A stretch of DNA of 27,337 nucleotides from Puniceicoccaceae bacterium (GTDB lineage: Bacteria > Verrucomicrobiota > Verrucomicrobiia > Opitutales > Oceanipulchritudinaceae): assembly GCA_040830765.1 (NCBI GenBank), contig JBFOMH010000039.1, positions 1-27,337 on the forward strand, written 5' to 3'. The position numbers and the translations under genes are program-made. This document shows positions 24,992 through 27,337 of this stretch, one piece after another. Each line of letters opens with the position of its first letter. Position 1 is the stretch's first letter. The notes under the pieces were generated by a model. That model was not told the DNA's origin. It saw only the letters and a program-made list of their open reading frames with translations, and made no database searches.

Positions 24992-25999
24992 ATGGGAGCA
25001 ATCGAATCAATCAAGGACCTGAAGGAGCGCATGGAACGTTCCATTATCGGACAGGAACAGGTCGTCGAGCGCCTGTTGCTGACGCTTCTCTGCAATGGCA
25101 ACGTATTGGTGGAGGGACTACCGGGCCTGGCCAAGACCCGGGCAGTCAAGAGCCTGGCCAAGAACATGGAGGCGGAATTCAGCCGTATCCAGTTCACGCC
25201 GGACCTGTTGCCCTCGGACATTACCGGATCCGAGATGTATCTTGGGGAGGACGCTGATGAACGCTTCGTTTTCCAGCCGGGTCCCATCTTTGCCAACATC
25301 GTTCTGGCCGACGAGGTCAACCGGGCCCCGGCCAAGGTGCAGGCTGCCTTGCTGGAAGCCATGGAGGAGCGGCAGATAACCGTGGCCCGCAAGACCCACA
25401 GGCTGCCGCCGCTGTTCATGGTCATGGCGACTCAGAATCCGATTGAACAGGAGGGGACCTATCCCTTGCCGGAGGCCCAGATGGACCGCTTCCTAATGCA
25501 TGTCTACATCTCCTATCCGGACGATGCCTCCGAGCGGGAGGTGGTGCGACTGGTCCGGGGAGAAGGCAAGGGGACAAAGGACGAAGGACAAAAGGCGAAG
25601 GACGAAGGACAAAAGACGAAGGACGAAGGAATTGGTCCGATTTCCCAGAGTGCAATCTTTGCTGCCAGGGATGAGATAGCGGAGGTCGGTATTTCCGAGC
25701 CGATGGAGAACTACATTGTCTCCCTGGTGGCGGCCACGCGCCGTCCGGCTGAGTTGGATGCGGATCTGGCGAGGTATATCCAGGTCGGGGTGAGCCCGCG
25801 CGGTTCAATTGCCCTCGACAAATGTTCCCGTGCCCATGCCTGGATGCAGGGCAGGGATGCGGTAACACCGGATGATGTCCGGGCGATCATCCACGATTGC
25901 CTGCGCCACCGGATCGTTCTCAGCTACGAGGCCCAGGCCGACGGGGTAACGACCAACGACGTAATTTCCAGGGTGGTGAAGCTTGTAGCGGTGGCCTGA
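24992..25999 (+). CDS. moxR: MoxR family AAA+ ATPase
   Basis: Walker A EGLPGLAKT, RIQFTPDLLPSDITG, Walker B LADEVNRAPAKVQAALLEAMEE, ATQNPIEQEGTYPLPEAQMDRF and GVSPRG. RBS GGAG precedes ATG 24992. Confidence 0.96.
   Translation: MGAIESIKDLKERMERSIIGQEQVVERLLLTLLCNGNVLVEGLPGLAKTRAVKSLAKNMEAEFSRIQFTPDLLPSDITGSEMYLGEDADERFVFQPGPIFANIVLADEVNRAPAKVQAALLEAMEERQITVARKTHRLPPLFMVMATQNPIEQEGTYPLPEAQMDRFLMHVYISYPDDASEREVVRLVRGEGKGTKDEGQKAKDEGQKTKDEGIGPISQSAIFAARDEIAEVGISEPMENYIVSLVAATRRPAELDADLARYIQVGVSPRGSIALDKCSRAHAWMQGRDAVTPDDVRAIIHDCLRHRIVLSYEAQADGVTTNDVISRVVKLVAVA
25573..25628 (+). repeat. Heptanucleotide tandem repeat (GACRAAR x8) inside moxR
   Basis: Units are GACAAAG GACGAAG GACAAAA GGCGAAG GACGAAG GACAAAA GACGAAG GACGAAG, with a 21-nt higher-order period. 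It translates as TKDEGQKAKDEGQKTKDEG. Confidence 0.92.
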
Positions 26000-26009
26000 A
26001 AGGGAAGTT

Positions 26010-26981
26010 GTGGACTGGGCCAAGCTAAACCGGAGAAAGGCCGACCCGGAAAAGCCCCGGGGCGCCTATGCCAACCTGGATGAATTGATTCGCATCCAGT
26101 TTGAGGCGAAGGACTTCTCCTTCCTTCCGCAGCAGCCGGTTACCAGTGTCCTCGCTGGCCGATACGCCTCCCGACTGCGTGGACGCGGGTTGAATTTCGA
26201 GGAGCTGCGGCGCTATCAACCGGGTGACGACATCCGGACAATGGACTGGAAGGTCACAGCCCGGACCCGCAATCCCCATGTCCGCGTTTTTACCGAGGAA
26301 AAAGACCGGCAGGTGCTTATGGTCGTCGACCAGCGCATCAACATGTTTTTCGGTACCCGCCAGCGGATGAAGTCGGTCACTGCCGCCCACATGGCTGCCC
26401 TGGGGGCCTGGCGCGCGGTCGATGTCGGTGACCGGGTGGGGGCGGTTGTCTTTAACGACACGGACATTGTCGAGCACCGTCCGCAGCGGAGCGAGAAGGC
26501 AGTCATGGGCATTCTCCATTCCGTCCTCCAGATGAATCATGCGCTGGAGGCCAAGTCGACAGTGGCTCCTAATCCAGCCATGCTCAACGCCGCCCTTGAG
26601 AAAGCCGCCCGCCTGGCCAAGCATGATGTGCTGGTGGTCATCGTCAGTGACTTCTTTGGGATTGATGCGGAAACCGAGCGACTGATCGCCCGCATAACCC
26701 GCCATAACGACCTGCTGGGATTCCTGGTTCATGATCCGGTGCGCCTGGATCCCCCCGGTGTAGGGATCACCGTATCGGATGGTTCGCTACAAATGGAAGT
26801 GGACTTTTCCAACCGCACGGTCAGGGAAAAAGTCGCCCGCGATTATGGCGATGAACAGGAACAGATTCGTGGTTTTCTGCGCAAATTATCTGCTCCTTTG
26901 CTTTTGATTAACAACGAGGAGGATGTCGTCGCCCAGGTGCGGAAACACTTCGGCATCGTCCGGGGCGAGCCGGTCAAATGA
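26010..26981 (+). CDS. DUF58 domain protein (VWA-like MoxR partner)
   Basis: Motifs RGRGLNFEELRRYQPGDDIRTMDWKVTAR, EEKDR, VDQR..MFFG, GDRVG and VSDF. Confidence 0.93.
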   Translation: MDWAKLNRRKADPEKPRGAYANLDELIRIQFEAKDFSFLPQQPVTSVLAGRYASRLRGRGLNFEELRRYQPGDDIRTMDWKVTARTRNPHVRVFTEEKDRQVLMVVDQRINMFFGTRQRMKSVTAAHMAALGAWRAVDVGDRVGAVVFNDTDIVEHRPQRSEKAVMGILHSVLQMNHALEAKSTVAPNPAMLNAALEKAARLAKHDVLVVIVSDFFGIDAETERLIARITRHNDLLGFLVHDPVRLDPPGVGITVSDGSLQMEVDFSNRTVREKVARDYGDEQEQIRGFLRKLSAPLLLINNEEDVVAQVRKHFGIVRGEPVK

Positions 26982-27337
26982 ACGGACCTTCACTCAGTGA
27001 ACTCAGGGACATCGTTGAGCCAGCAGCGCCCGGCCTCTGGCCGCTGGCGCCGGGGATGTGGTTGCTGCTGGCGGTTGTCCTCTCCTTGATCCTTTTCCTC
27101 GCCTGGTCCATGGTGGAACAGAGGCGTCGCAATGCCTACCGGCGGGCAGGGGTGTTGCTTCTGGAAGAAGTTGGAACAACCTATGAACTGTCCGTCCTCC
27201 TGAAGCGGGGGGCCCTGGCAGTCTTTTCCCGCGGGGAGGGAGCTTCCCTGCATGGGGCGGAATGGGTTGAGTTTTTTGGCCGGGCCCGTCCCCGGGGGGG
27301 CTTGGGGGCATTGGTTGCAGGTGGTGGAACAGCTTGA
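26978..27337 (+). CDS. DUF4381 family membrane protein (3' end probably unreliable or truncated)
   Basis: Motif LRDI.EP...LWPLAPG.W, a TM helix, then NAYRR and LLKR. ATGA overlap with DUF58. The last ~130 nt are abnormally G-rich. Confidence 0.82.
   Translation: MNGPSLSELRDIVEPAAPGLWPLAPGMWLLLAVVLSLILFLAWSMVEQRRRNAYRRAGVLLLEEVGTTYELSVLLKRGALAVFSRGEGASLHGAEWVEFFGRARPRGGLGALVAGGGTA

Noticed and set aside
25573..25628. Repeat considered as a CRISPR array
   Set aside because: The units are contiguous 7-mers without spacers, inside a CDS, and there are no cas genes.

Overview
Gene-dense bacterial window with about 24 real CDSs and no rRNA, tRNA, CRISPR array or mobile element. The gene styles suggest a PVC-superphylum organism, possibly Verrucomicrobiota/Opitutales, but this is an unverified inference. 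Positions 1-6356 are housekeeping-like: feoB 3' part, a FeoB-associated Cys-rich protein, a rhomboid protease, a ferredoxin, an ACT-domain protein, leuC-leuD and exbB-exbD. From about 6.4 kb to the end is an accessory, envelope-directed cluster. It contains a PrsW protease, an APH/NahK(MdsC)-like kinase, two DUF900 alpha/beta-hydrolase lipoproteins and a PafA-type alkaline phosphatase. Two outward-facing paralogous Cys-type sulfatases bracket a DUF481 barrel, a pentameric ligand-gated ion channel (GLIC/ELIC family), TamA/TamB and another outer-membrane barrel. The window ends in the start of a MoxR-DUF58-DUF4381 (Bat-like) operon. The most notable points are the sulfatase/phosphatase + pLGIC + TAM + MoxR module as a candidate system, the uncharged selectivity filter of the channel, two apparently leaderless genes with identical -10 geometry, a probable non-canonical tamB start, and a heptamer tandem repeat inserted in frame in moxR. 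All family assignments come from motif recognition by eye; no searches were run.
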